DNA from: Pristiophorus japonicus
Lineage: Eukaryota
Assembly (NCBI RefSeq): GCF_044704955.1
Contig: NC_091995.1
Location: 54,808,001 to 54,872,000 of the forward strand
Reading direction: 5' to 3'
Length of the DNA: 64,000 nucleotides
Made by a program: the position numbers and the translations under genes. Positions 32,201 to 46,532 of this stretch are shown here, one piece after another. How positions within the stretch are numbered: position 1 is the first letter of the stretch; the number at the start of each line of letters is the position of its first letter. Below the pieces are notes generated by a model, which worked only from the letters and a program-made list of their open reading frames with translations, was not told the DNA's origin and made no database searches.

Positions 32201-35200
32201 GATCCCACTCACTCACACATCACCCGATTCCACTCACACCACCCGATCCCATTCACACCACCGGATCCCACTCACTCACACATCACCCGATCCCACTCAC
32301 TCACACACCACTCGATTCCACTCATGCCGCCCGATCCCACTAATACCACCTGATCCCACTCACACCACCCGATCTCGCTCACAGCACCCGATCCCACTCG
32401 CTCACACATCACCCGATCCCACTCACACCACCCGATCCCACTCACTCACACACCACTCAATCCCACTCACACCACCCGATCCCACTCACACCACCCGATC
32501 CCACTCACTCACACACCACTCAATCACACTCACACCACCCGATCCCACTCACACCACCCGATCCCACTCACACCACCCGATCCCACTCACTCACATACCA
32601 CTCGATCCCACTCACACCACCTGATCCCACTCACGGCACCCGATCCCACTCACACCACCCGATCCCATTCACACTACCCGATCCCACTCACATCACCCAA
32701 TCCCATTCACTCACATAGCACTCGATCCCACACACACCACCTGATCCCACTCACACCACCCGATCCCACTCAAACCACCCGATCCCACTCACACCACCCG
32801 ATCCCACTCACACCACCCGATCCCACTCACACCATCTGATCCCACTCACTCACACACCACTCAATCCCACTCACACTACCCGATCCCACTCACACCACCC
32901 AATCCCACTCACACCACCCGATCCCACTCACTCAAACACCACCAGATCCCACTCACACCACCCGATCCCACTCACTCACACACCACTCAATCCCACTCAC
33001 ACCACCCGATCCCACTCACACCACCCGATCCCACTCACTCAAACACCACCCGATCCCACTCACACCACCCGATCCCACTCACTCAAACACCACCGGATCC
33101 CACTCACACCACCCGATCCCACTCACACCACCCGATCCCACTCACTCACATATCACTCGATCCCACTCACACCACCCGATCCCACTCACATCACCCGATC
33201 CCACTCACATCACCCGGTCCCACTCACACCACCCAATCCCACTCACACCACCCGATCCCACTCACACCACCCGGTCCCACTCACACCACCCGATCCCACT
33301 CACACCACCCGATCCCACTCACTAGAACATCACCCGATCCCACTCACTCACACACCACCCAATCCCACTCACAGCACCGGATCCCACTCACTCACACATC
33401 ACCCGATTCCACTCACACCACCCGATCCCATTCACACCACCGGATCCCACTCACTCACACATCACGCGATCCCACTCACTCACACACCACTCGATTCCAC
33501 TCATGCCACCCGATCCCACTCATACCACCTGATCCCACTCACACCACCCGATCTCGCTCACAGCACCCGATCCCACTCGCTCACACATCACCCGATCCCA
33601 CTCACACCACCCGATCCCACTCACTCACACACCACTCAATCCCACTCACACCACCCGATCCCACTCACACCACCCGATCCCACTCACTCACACACCACTC
33701 AATCACACTCACACCACCCGATCCCACTCACACCACCCGATCCCACTCACACCACCCGATCCCACTCACTCACATACCACTCGATCCCACTCACACCACC
33801 TGATCCCACTCACGGCACCCGATCCCACTCACACCACCCGATCCCATTCACACTACCCGATCCCACTCACATCACCCAATCCCATTCACTCACATAGCAC
33901 TCGATCCCACACACACCACCTGATCCCACTCACACCACCCGATCCCACTCAAACCACCCGATCCCACTCACAACACCCGATCCCACTCACATCACCCGAT
34001 CCCACTAACACCGCCCGATCCCACTCACACTGCCCGATCCCACTCACACCGCCCGATCCCACTCACACCACCGATCCAACTCACACCACCCGATCCCTCT
34101 CACTCAAACACCACCCGATCCCACTCACACCACCCGATCCCACTCACACCACCCTATTCCACTCACATCACACGATCCCACGAACACCACCCGATCCCAC
34201 TAACACCACCCGATCCCACTCACACTACCCGATCCCACTCACACCAAACGATCCCACTCACACCACCCGATCCCACTCACAGCACCCGATCCCACTCACT
34301 CAAACACCACCCGATCCCACTCACACCACCCAATCCCACTCACACCACCCGATCCCACTCACACCACCCAATCCCACTCACACCACTCAATCCCACTCAC
34401 TCAAACACCACCGATCCCACTCACACCACCCGATCCCACTCACACCACCCGATCCCACTCACACCACCCGATTCCATTCACTCAAACACCACCCGATCCC
34501 ACTCACACCACCCGTTCACACTCACACCACCCGATCCCACTCACTCACACACCACTCAATCCCACTCACACCACCCGATCCCACTCACACCACCCAATCC
34601 CACTCACACCACCCGATCCCACTCACTCACACACCACCGGATCCCACTCACACCACCCGATCCCACTCACACCACCCAATCCCACTCACACCACCCGATC
34701 CCACTCACTCACACACCACTCAATCCCACTCACACCACCCGATCCCACTCACACCACCCAATCCCACTCACACTACCCGATCCCACTCACACCACCCAAT
34801 CCCACTCACACCACCCGATCCCACTCACTCAAACACCACCGGATCCCACTCACACCACCCGATCCCACTCACACCACCCGATCCCACTCACTCACATACC
34901 ACTCGATCCCACTCACACCACCTGATCCCACTCACGGCACCCGATCCCACTCACGCCACCCGATCCCACTCACACTACCCGATCCCACTCACTCACACAC
35001 CACTCAATCCCACTCACACCACCCGATCCCACTCACACCACCCAATCCCACTCACACCATCTGATCCCACTCACTCACACACCACTCAATCCCACTCACA
35101 CCACCCGATCCCACTCACTCAAACACCACCGGATCCCACTCACACCACCCGATCCCACTCACACCACCCGATCCCACTCACTCACATACCACTCGATCCC

Positions 35201-38200
35201 ACTCGCACCACCTGATCCCACTCACGGCACCCGATCCCACTCACACTACCCGATCCCACTCACACCACCCGATCCCACTCACTCACACACCACTCGATCC
35301 CACTCACGCCACCCGATCCCACTCACGGCACCCGATCCCACTCACACTACCAGGTCCCATTCACACCACCCGATCCCACTCACTCACAAACCACTCGATC
35401 CCGCTCACACCACCCGATCCCACTCACGCCACCCGATCCCACTCACTAAAACATCACCCGATCCCACTCACTCACACACCACCCGATCCCACTCACAGCA
35501 CCGGATCCCACTCATTCACACACCACCCGATCCCACTCACTCACACACTGACTGATCCCACACACCACCCGATCCCACTCACACTACTCGATCCCACTCA
35601 CTCACACACTACCCGATCCCACTCACACCACCCGATCCCACTCACTCACACACCACTCAATCCCACTCACACCACCCGATCCCACTCACACCACCTGATT
35701 CCACTCACTCACACACCACTCAATCCCACTCACACCACCCGATCCCACTCACACCACCTGATCCCACTCACTCACACACCATTCAATCCCACTCACACCA
35801 CCCGATCCCACTCACACCACCCGATCCCACTCACTCACACACCACTCAATCCCACTCACACTACCCGATCCCACTCACACCACCCAATCCCACTCACACC
35901 ACCCGATCCCACTCACACTACCCGATCCCACTCACACCACCCGATCCCACTCACACACCCCGATCCCACTCACATCACCCGATCCCACTCACACCACCCG
36001 ATCCCACTCACACCACCCGATCCCACTCATACCACCCGATCCCACTCACGCCACCCGATCCCACTCACTAGAACATCACCCGATCCCACTCACTCACACA
36101 CCACCCAATCCCACTCACACCACCCGATCCCACTCACTCACATACCACTCGATCCCACTCACACCACCTGATCCCACTCGCGGCACCCGATCCCACTCAC
36201 ACCACCCGATCCCACTCACACATCACCCGATCCCACTCACACCACCCGATCCCACTCACTCACACACCACTCAATCCCACTCACACCACCCGATCCCACT
36301 CACACCACCCGATCCCACTCACACCACCCGATCCCACTCACTCACACACCACTCAATCCCACTCACACCACCCGATCCCACTCACACCACCCAATCCCAC
36401 TCACACCACCCGAACCCACTCACTCACACACCACTCAATCCCACTCACACCACCCGATCCCACTCACACCACCCGATCCCACTCACTCACACACCACTCA
36501 ATCCCACTCACACCACCCGATCCCACTCACACCACCCGATCCCACTCACACCATCTGATCCCACACACTCACACACCACTCAATCCCACTCACACTACCC
36601 GATCCCACTCACACCACCCAATCCCACTCACACTACCCGATCCCACTCACACCACCCGATCCCACTCACACCATCTGATCCCACACACTCACACACCACT
36701 CAATCCCACTCACACTACCCGATCCCACTCACACCACCCAATCCCACTCACACCACCTGATCCCACTCGCGGCACCCGATCCCACTCACGCCACCCGATC
36801 CCACTCACACTACCCGATCCCACTCACACAACCCAATCCCACTCACTCACACAGCACTCGATCCCACTCACGCCACCCGATCCCACTCACACCACCCGAT
36901 CCCACTCACTAGAACATCACCCGATCCCACTCACTCACACACCACCCAATCCCACTCACAGCACCGGATCCCACTCACTCACACATCACCCGGTTCCACT
37001 CACACCACCCGATTCCATGCACACCACCGGATCCCACTCACTCACACATCACCCGATCCCACTCACTCACACACCACCCGATCCCACTCATGCCACCCGA
37101 TCCCACTCATACCACCTGATCCCACTCACACCACCCGATCTCACTCACAGCACCCGATCCCACTCACTCACACACCACTCAATCACACTCACACCACCCG
37201 ATCCCACTCACACCACCCGATCCCACTCACACCACCCGATCCCACTCACTCACACACCACTCAATCACACTCACACCACCCGATCCCACTCACACCATCT
37301 GATCCCACTCACTCACACACCACTCAATCCCACTCACACTACCCGATCCCACTCACACCACCCAATCCCACTCACACTACCCGATCCCACTCACACCACC
37401 CAATCCCACTCACACTACCCGATCCCACTCACACCACCCGATCCCACTCACTCACACACCACTCAATCCCACTCACACCACCCGATCCCACTCACACCAC
37501 CCAATCCCACTCACACCACCCGAACCCACTCACTCACACACCACTCAATCCCACTCACACCACCCGATCCCACTCACACCACCCGATCCCACTCACTCAC
37601 ACACCACTCAATCCCACTCACACCACCCGATCCCACTCACACCACCCGATCCCACTCACACCATCTGATCCCACACACTCACACACCACTCAATCCCACT
37701 CACACTACCCGATCCCACTCACACCACCCAATCCCACTCACACCACCCGATCCCACTCAGTCACATACCACTCGATCCCACTCACACCACCTGATCCCAC
37801 TCGCGGCACCCGATCCCACTCACACCACCCGATCCCACTCACACTACGCGATCCCACTCACACAATCCAATCCCACTCACTCACACAGCACTCGACCCAC
37901 TCACACCACCCGATCCCACTCACACCACCCGATCCCACTCACACCACCCGATCCCACTCACATCACGCGATCCCACTCACACCACCCGATCCCACTCACA
38001 CTACCCGATCCCACTCACACCACCCGATCCCACTCACACACCCCGATCCCACTCACATCACCCGATCCCACTCACACCACCCGATCCCACTCACACCACC
38101 CGATCCCACTCATACCACCCGATCCCACTCACGCCACCCGATCCCACTCACTAGAACATCACCCGATCCCACTCACTCACACACCACCCAATCCCACTCA

Positions 38201-41200
38201 CACCACCCGATCCCACTCACTCACATACCACTCGATCCCACTCACACCACCTGATCCCACTCGCGGCACCCGATCCCACTCACACCACCCGATCCCACTC
38301 ACACATCACCCGATCCCACTCACACCACCCGATCCCACTCACTCACACACCACTCAATCCCACTCACACCACCCGATCCCACTCACACCACCGGATCACA
38401 CTCACTCACACACCACTCAATCCCACTCACACCACCCGATCCCACTCACACCACCCAATCCCACTCACACCACCCGATCCCACTCACTCACACACCACTC
38501 AATCCCACTCACACCACCCGATCCCACTCACACCACCCGATCCCACTCACTCACACACCACTCAATCCCACTCACACCACCCGATCCCACTCACACCACC
38601 GGATCACACTCACTCACACACCACTCAATCCCACTCACACCACCCGATCCCACTCACACCACCCAATCCCACTCACACCACCCGATCCCACTCACTCACA
38701 CACCACTCAATCCCACTCACACCACCCGATCCCACTCACACCACCCGATCGCACTCACTCACACACCACTCAATCCCACTCACACCACCCGATCCCACTC
38801 ACACCACCCGATCCCACTCACACCATCTGATCCCACTCACACCATCTGATCCCACTCACTCACACACCACTCAATCCCACTCACACTACCCGATCCCACT
38901 CACACCACCCAATCCCACTCACACTACCCGATCCCACTCACACCACCCAATCCCACTCACATCACTCGATCCCACTCACTCAAACACCACCGGATCCCAC
39001 TCACACCACCCGATCCCACTCACACCACCTGATCCCACTCACTCACATACCACTCGATCCCACTCACACCACCTGATCCCACTCACGGCACCCGATCCCA
39101 CTCACACCACCCGATCCCACTCACACTACCCGATCCCACTCACATCACCCAATCCCACTCACTCACATAGCACTCGATCCCACTCACACCACCCAATCCC
39201 ACTCACACTACCCGATCCCACTCACACCACCCAATCCCACTCACACCACCCGATCCCACTCACTCAAACACCACCGGATCCCACTCACACCACCCGATCC
39301 CACTCACACCACCCGATCCCACTCACTCACATACCACTCGATCCCACTCACACCACCCAATCCCACTCACATCACCCGATCCCACTCACATCACCCGATC
39401 CCACTAACACCGCCCAATCCTACTCACGCTGCCCGATCCCACTCACACCGCCCGATCCCACTCACACCACCCGATCCCACTCACGTCACATGATCCCACG
39501 AACGCCACACGATCCCACTAACACCAGCCGATCCCACTCACATCACCCGATCCCACTCACATCACCCGATCCCACTAACACCGCCCAATCCTACTCACAC
39601 TGCCCGATCCCACTCACACCACCCGATCCAACTCACACCACCCGATCCCTCTCACTCAAACACCACCCGATCCCACTCACACCACCCGATCCCACTCACA
39701 CCACCCGATCCCACTCACATCACATGATCCCACGAACGCCACACGATCCCACTAACACCAGCCGATCCCACTCACATCACCCGATCCCACTCACGCCACC
39801 CAATCCCACTCACTCACACACGACTCTATCCCACTCACACCACCCAATCCCACTCACACCACCCGATCCCACTCACTCAAACACCACCCGATCCCACTCA
39901 CACCACCCGATCCCACTCACACCACCCGATCCCACTCACTCAAACACCACCGATCCCACTCACACTACCCGATCCCACTCACATCACCCGATCCCACTCA
40001 CACCACCCGATTCCATTCACTCAAACATCACCCGATCCCACTCACACCACCCAATCCCACTCACTCACACACCACTCAATCCCACTCACACCACCCGATC
40101 CCACTCACACCAACCGATCCCACTCACTCACACACCACTCAATCCCACTCACACCACCCGATCCCACTCACACCACCCAATGCCACTCACACCACCCGAT
40201 CCCACTCACACCACCCAATCCCACTCACACCACCCGATCCCACTCACTCACACACCACTCAATCCCACTCACACCACCCGATCCCACTCACACCACCCGA
40301 TCCCACTCACTAGAACATCACCCGATCCCACTCACTCACACACCACCCAATCCCACTCACAGCACCGGATCCCACTCACTCACACATCACCCGATTCCAC
40401 TCACACCACCCGATCCCATTCACACCACCGGATCCCACTCACTCACACATCACCCGATCCCACTCACTCACACACCACTCGATTCCACTCATGCCGCCCG
40501 ATCCCACTAATACCACCTGATCCCACTCACACCACCCGATCTCGCTCACAGCACCCGATCCCACTCGCTCACACATCACCCGATCCCACTCACACCACCC
40601 GATCCCACTCACTCACACACCACTCAATCCCACTCACACCACCCGATCCCACTCACACCACCCGATCCCACTCACTCACACACCACTCAATCACACTCAC
40701 ACCACCCGATCCCACTCACACCACCCGATCCCACTCACACCACCCGATCCCACTCACTCACATACCACTCGATCCCACTCACACCACCTGATCCCACTCA
40801 CGGCACCCGATCCCACTCACACCACCCGATCCCATTCACACTACCCGATCCCACTCACATCACCCAATCCCATTCACTCACATAGCACTCGATCCCACAC
40901 ACACCACCTGATCCCACTCACACCACCCGATCCCACTCAAACCACCCGATCCCACTCACACCACCCGATCCCACTCACACCACCCGATCCCACTCACACC
41001 ATCTGATCCCACTCACTCACACACCACTCAATCCCACTCACACTACCCGATCCCACTCACACCACCCAATCCCACTCACACCACCCGATCCCACTCACTC
41101 AAACACCACCAGATCCCACTCACACCACCCGATCCCACTCACTCACACACCACTCAATCCCACTCACACCACCCGATCCCACTCACACCACCCGATCCCA

Positions 41201-44200
41201 CTCACTCACACACCACTCAATCCCACTCACACCACCCGATCTCACTCACACCACCCGATCCCACTCACACTACCCGATCCCACTCACACCACCCAATCCC
41301 ACTCACACCACCCGATCCCACTCACTCAAACACCACCGGATCCCACTCACACCACCCGATCCCACTCACACCACCCGATCCCACTCACTCACATATCACT
41401 CGATCCCACTCACACCACCCGATCCCACTCACACCACCCGATCCCACTCACATCACCCGGTCCCACTCACACCACCCGATCCCACTCACACCACCCGATC
41501 CCACTCACACCACCCGGTCCCACTCACACCACCCGATCCCACTCACACCACCCGATCCCACTCACTAGAACATCACCCGATCCCACTCACTCACACACCA
41601 CCCAATCCCACTCACAGCACCGGATCCCACTCACTCACACATCACCCGATTCCACTCACACCACCCGATCCCATTCACACCACCGGATCCCACTCACTCA
41701 CACATCACGCGATCCCACTCACTCACACACCACTCGATTCCACTCATGCCACCCGATCCCACTCATACCACCTGATCCCACTCACACCACCCGATCTCGC
41801 TCACAGCACCCGATCCCACTCGCTCACACATCACCCGATCCCACTCACACCACCCGATCCCACTCACTCACACACCACTCAATCCCACTCACACCACCCG
41901 ATCCCACTCACACCACCCGATCCCACTCACTCACACACCACTCAATCACACTCACACCACCCGATCCCACTCACACCACCCGATCCCACTCACACCACCC
42001 GATCCCACTCACTCACATACCACTCGATCCCACTCACACCACCTGATCCCACTCACGGCACCCGATCCCACTCACACCACCCGATCCCATTCACACTACC
42101 CGATCCCACTCACATCACCCAATCCCATTCACTCACATAGCACTCGATCCCACACACACCACCTGATCCCACTCACACCACCCGATCCCACTCAAACCAC
42201 CCGATCCCACTCACAACACCCGATCCCACTCACATCACCCGATCCCACTAACACCGCCCGATCCCACTCACACTGCCCGATCCCACTCACACCGCCCGAT
42301 CCCACTCACACCACCGATCCAACTCACACCACCCGATCCCTCTCACTCAAACACCACCCGATCCCACTCACACCACCCGATCCCACTCACACCACCCTAT
42401 TCCACTCACATCACACGATCCCACGAACACCACCCGATCCCACTAACACCACCCGATCCCACTCACACTACCCGATCCCACTCACACCAAACGATCCCAC
42501 TCACACCACCCGATCCCACTCACAGCACCCGATCCCACTCACTCAAACACCACCCGATCCCACTCACACCACCCAATCCCACTCACACCACCCGATCCCA
42601 CTCACACCACCCAATCCCACTCACTCAAACACCACCGATCCCACTCACACCACCCGATCCCACTCACACCACCCGATCCCACTCACACCACCCGATTCCA
42701 TTCACTCAAACACCACCCGATCCCACTCACACCACCCGTTCACACTCACACCACCCGATCCCACTCACTCACACACCACTCAATCCCACTCACACCACCC
42801 GATCCCACTCACACCACCCAATCCCACTCACACCACCCGATCCCACTCACTCACACACCACCGGATCCCACTCACACCACCCGATCCCACTCACACCACC
42901 CAATCCCACTCACACCACCCGATCCCACTCACTCACACACCACTCAATCCCACTCACACCACCCGATCCCACTCACACCACCCAATCCCACTCACACTAC
43001 CCGATCCCACTCACACCACCCAATCCCACTCACACCACCCGATCCCACTCACTCAAACACCACCGGATCCCACTCACACCACCCGATCCCACTCACACCA
43101 CCCGATCCCACTCACTCACATACCACTCGATCCCACTCACACCACCTGATCCCACTCACGGCACCCGATCCCACTCACGCCACCCGATCCCACTCACACT
43201 ACCCGATCCCACTCACTCACACACCACTCAATCCCACTCACACCACCCGATCCCACTCACACCACCCAATCCCACTCACACCATCTGATCCCACTCACTC
43301 ACACACCACTCAATCCCACTCACACCACCCGATCCCACTCACTCAAACACCACCGGATCCCACTCACACCACCCGATCCCACTCACACCACCCGATCCCA
43401 CTCACTCACATACCACTCGATCCCACTCGCACCACCTGATCCCACTCACGGCACCCGATCCCACTCACACTACCCGATCCCACTCACACCACCCGATCCC
43501 ACTCACTCACACACCACTCGATCCCACTCACGCCACCCGATCCCACTCACGGCACCCGATCCCACTCACACTACCAGGTCCCATTCACACCACCCGATCC
43601 CACTCACTCACAAACCACTCGATCCCGCTCACACCACCCGATCCCACTCACGCCACCCGATCCCACTCACTAAAACATCACCCGATCCCACTCACTCACA
43701 CACCACCCGATCCCACTCACAGCACCGGATCCCACTCATTCACACACCACCCGATCCCACTCACTCACACACTGACTGATCCCACACACCACCCGATCCC
43801 ACTCACACTACTCGATCCCACTCACTCACACACTACCCGATCCCACTCACACCACCCGATCCCACTCACTCACACACCACTCAATCCCACTCACACCACC
43901 CGATCCCACTCACACCACCTGATTCCACTCACTCACACACCACTCAATCCCACTCACACCACCCGATCCCACTCACACCACCTGATCCCACTCACTCACA
44001 CACCATTCAATCCCACTCACACCACCCGATCCCACTCACACCACCCGATCCCACTCACTCACACACCACTCAATCCCACTCACACTACCCGATCCCACTC
44101 ACACCACCCAATCCCACTCACACCACCCGATCCCACTCACTCAAACACCACCGGATCCCACTCACACCACCCGATCCCACTCACACCACCCGATCCCACT

Positions 44201-45214
44201 CACACTACCCGATCCCACTCACACCACCCAATCCCACTCACTCACACAGCACTCGATCCCACTCACACCACCCGATCCCACTCACACCACCCGATCCCAC
44301 TCGCACCACTCGATCCCACTCACATCACGCGATCCCACTCACACTACCCGATCCCACTCACATCACCTGATCCCACTCACGCCACCCGATCCCACTCACA
44401 GCACCCGATCCCACTCACACCACCAGATCCCACTCACACTATCCGATCCCACTCACACCACCCGATCCCACTCACACCACCCGATCCCACTCACTCACAC
44501 ACCACTCGATCCCACTCACACCACCCGATCCCACTCACACCACCCGATCCCACTCACTAAAACACCACCCGATCCCACTCACTCACATACCACCCGATCC
44601 CACTCACAGCACCGGATCCCACTCACTCACACATCACCCGATTCCACTCACACCACCCGATCCCATTCACACCACCGGATCCCACTCACTCACACACCAC
44701 CTGATCCCACTCACTCGCACACCACCCGATCCCACTCACGCCACCCGATCCCTCTCACACCACCCGATCCCACTCACAGCACCAGATCCCACTCATTCAC
44801 ACACCACCCAATCCCACTCATATCACTCGATCCCACTCACCCACACACCACCCGATCCCACTCACACTACTCGATCCCACTCACTCACACACTACCCGAT
44901 CCCACTCACGCCACCCAATCCCACTCGCGCATACACAACCCGATTACCCGATCCTACTCACTCGCACACTACCTAATCCCACTCACTGATACACTATCCG
45001 ATCCCACTCATGCCACTCAATCCCACACACACCCTGATCCCTCTCATACTACCCGATCCCTTTCACACTTCCCGATCCCACTCACACCGCCTGATCCCTC
45101 TCACACCACCTGATCCCATTCACACGACCCGATCCCACTCACACCACCCGATCCCACATACACCGATTGATCCCATTCATACCGCTCGATCCCACTCACA
45201 CTACCCGATCCCAC
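14225..45214. repeat. 19/25-bp satellite array (right block), ~7.8-8.2 kb higher-order repeat in 3 copies, degenerate over the last ~300 bp
   Basis: Same unit as the left block. Identical variant blocks start at 21043/28869/37017 and at 23465/31323/39490. Divergence rises from ~44930 to the edge. Confidence 0.97.
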
Positions 45215-46364
45215 GTGCTGTTAGGGAGGGAGTTCCAGGAAATTGACCCAGTGACAAAGGAACAGTGATATGTGTATAACTTGGAGTGGAACTTGCAGAT
45301 GATGATGTTCCCATGTGCCTGATGCCCTTGTCCTTCTAGATGGTAGAGGTCACGGGTTTGGGAGGTGCTGCTGAAGAAGCCTTGGCGAGTTGCATCTTGT
45401 AGATGGTACACACTGCAGCCACAGTGCGCCGGTGGTGGAGGGAGTGAATGTTTACGGTGGTGGATGGGGTGCCAATCAAGCGGGCTGCTTTGTCCTGGAT
45501 GGTGTCGAGCTTCTTGAGTGTCATTGGAGCTGCACTCATCCAGGGAAGTGGAGAGTATTCACACTCCTGACTTGTGTTTTGTAGAAGGTGGAAGGGCTTT
45601 GGGGAGTCAGGATGTGAGACACTCGCCAAAGAATACCCTGCCTCTGACCTGCTCTTGCTGCCACAGTATTTATGTGGCTGGTCTAGTTAAGTTTCTGGTC
45701 AATGATAACCCCCAGGTTGTAGAAGGTGGGGGATTTGGCGATGGTAATGCCATTGAATGTCGTGGGGAGGTGGTTAAACTCTCTTGTTGGAGATGGCCAT
45801 TGCCTGGCACTTAAGTGGCAAGTAACATTCGCACCACACATCAGCCCAAGCCTAAATATCGTCCAGGTCTTGCTGCATGCCATCATGGACTGCTCCATTA
45901 TCTGAGGAGTTGTGAATGGAACTGAACACTGTGCAATCATCAGGGAACATCCCCACTTCTGTCCTTATGATGGAGAGTAGGTCATTGATGAAGCAGCTAA
46001 AGATGGTTGGGACACTGATGAACTCCTGCAGTGATGCCCGGGCTATGATGATTGATATCCAACAACCACAACCATTTTTCTAGGTATGACTCCAGCCCGT
46101 GGAGAGTTTTCCCCCTGATCCCCATTGACTTCAGTTTTACCAGAGCTCCTTAATGCCACACTCGGTCAAATGCTGCCTTGATGTCAAGGGCAGTCACTTT
46201 CACCTCACCTCTGGAATTCAGCTCTTGTGTCCATGTTTGGATCAAGGCTGTAATGAGGTCTGGAGCCGAGTGGTCCTGGTGGGACCCAAACTGAGCATCA
46301 GTGAGCAGGTTACTGGTGAGTAAGTGCCGCTTGATAGAATGGTCTATTACACCTTTCATCACTT
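45215..46364 (-). mobile_element. 5'-truncated, decayed non-LTR retrotransposon (CR1/L2-group-like) reverse-transcriptase fragment
   Basis: Minus-strand peptides 'LLTDAQFG..HSAPDLITAL..ALDIKAAFDRVWH', a degenerate 'MFPDDCTV' active site (~45930-45957), 'LGVIIDQKLN' and 'KLDTIQDKAARLIG', split by frameshifts and deletions. Confidence 0.8.
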
Positions 46365-46532
46365 CTCTGTATACATGTTCCCTATTGTGCATATGTATCC
46401 TAACACTGTGTACATGTTTCCTAACTCTGTGTATATCATAGAAATATACAGCACAGAAGGAGCCCATGTGCCCTATCTCTGTGTACATGTACCCTATCGC
46501 TGTGTACATGTACCCTATCACTGTGTACATGT
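46365..46532. repeat. 21-bp minisatellite (CTCTGTGTACATGTACCCTAT-like), segment 1
   Basis: Tandem units with a palindromic GTACATGTAC core. The same unit recurs at 49363-49575, 55805-55850, 56208-56341 and 59258-59404. Confidence 0.85.
46435..46466 (-). mobile_element. Possible very short CR1-type 3'-end stub
   Basis: ATCATAGAAATATACAGCACAGAAGGAGCCCA interrupts the minisatellite and resembles the CR1 3' ends at 55850 and 56342. Confidence 0.35.

Noticed and set aside
1-45214. CRISPR array or telomeric repeat
   Set aside because: No unique spacers or cas genes and the context is vertebrate. The unit is not TTAGGG and only loosely resembles fungal TG-rich telomeres.
3843-45246. Long His/Pro/Thr/Ser-rich ORFs (up to 869 aa) as mucin- or extensin-like genes
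   Set aside because: They are the 19-bp satellite read through rotating frames (57-nt, 19-aa period). Starts and stops are sporadic point variants, with no signal peptide or gene structure.
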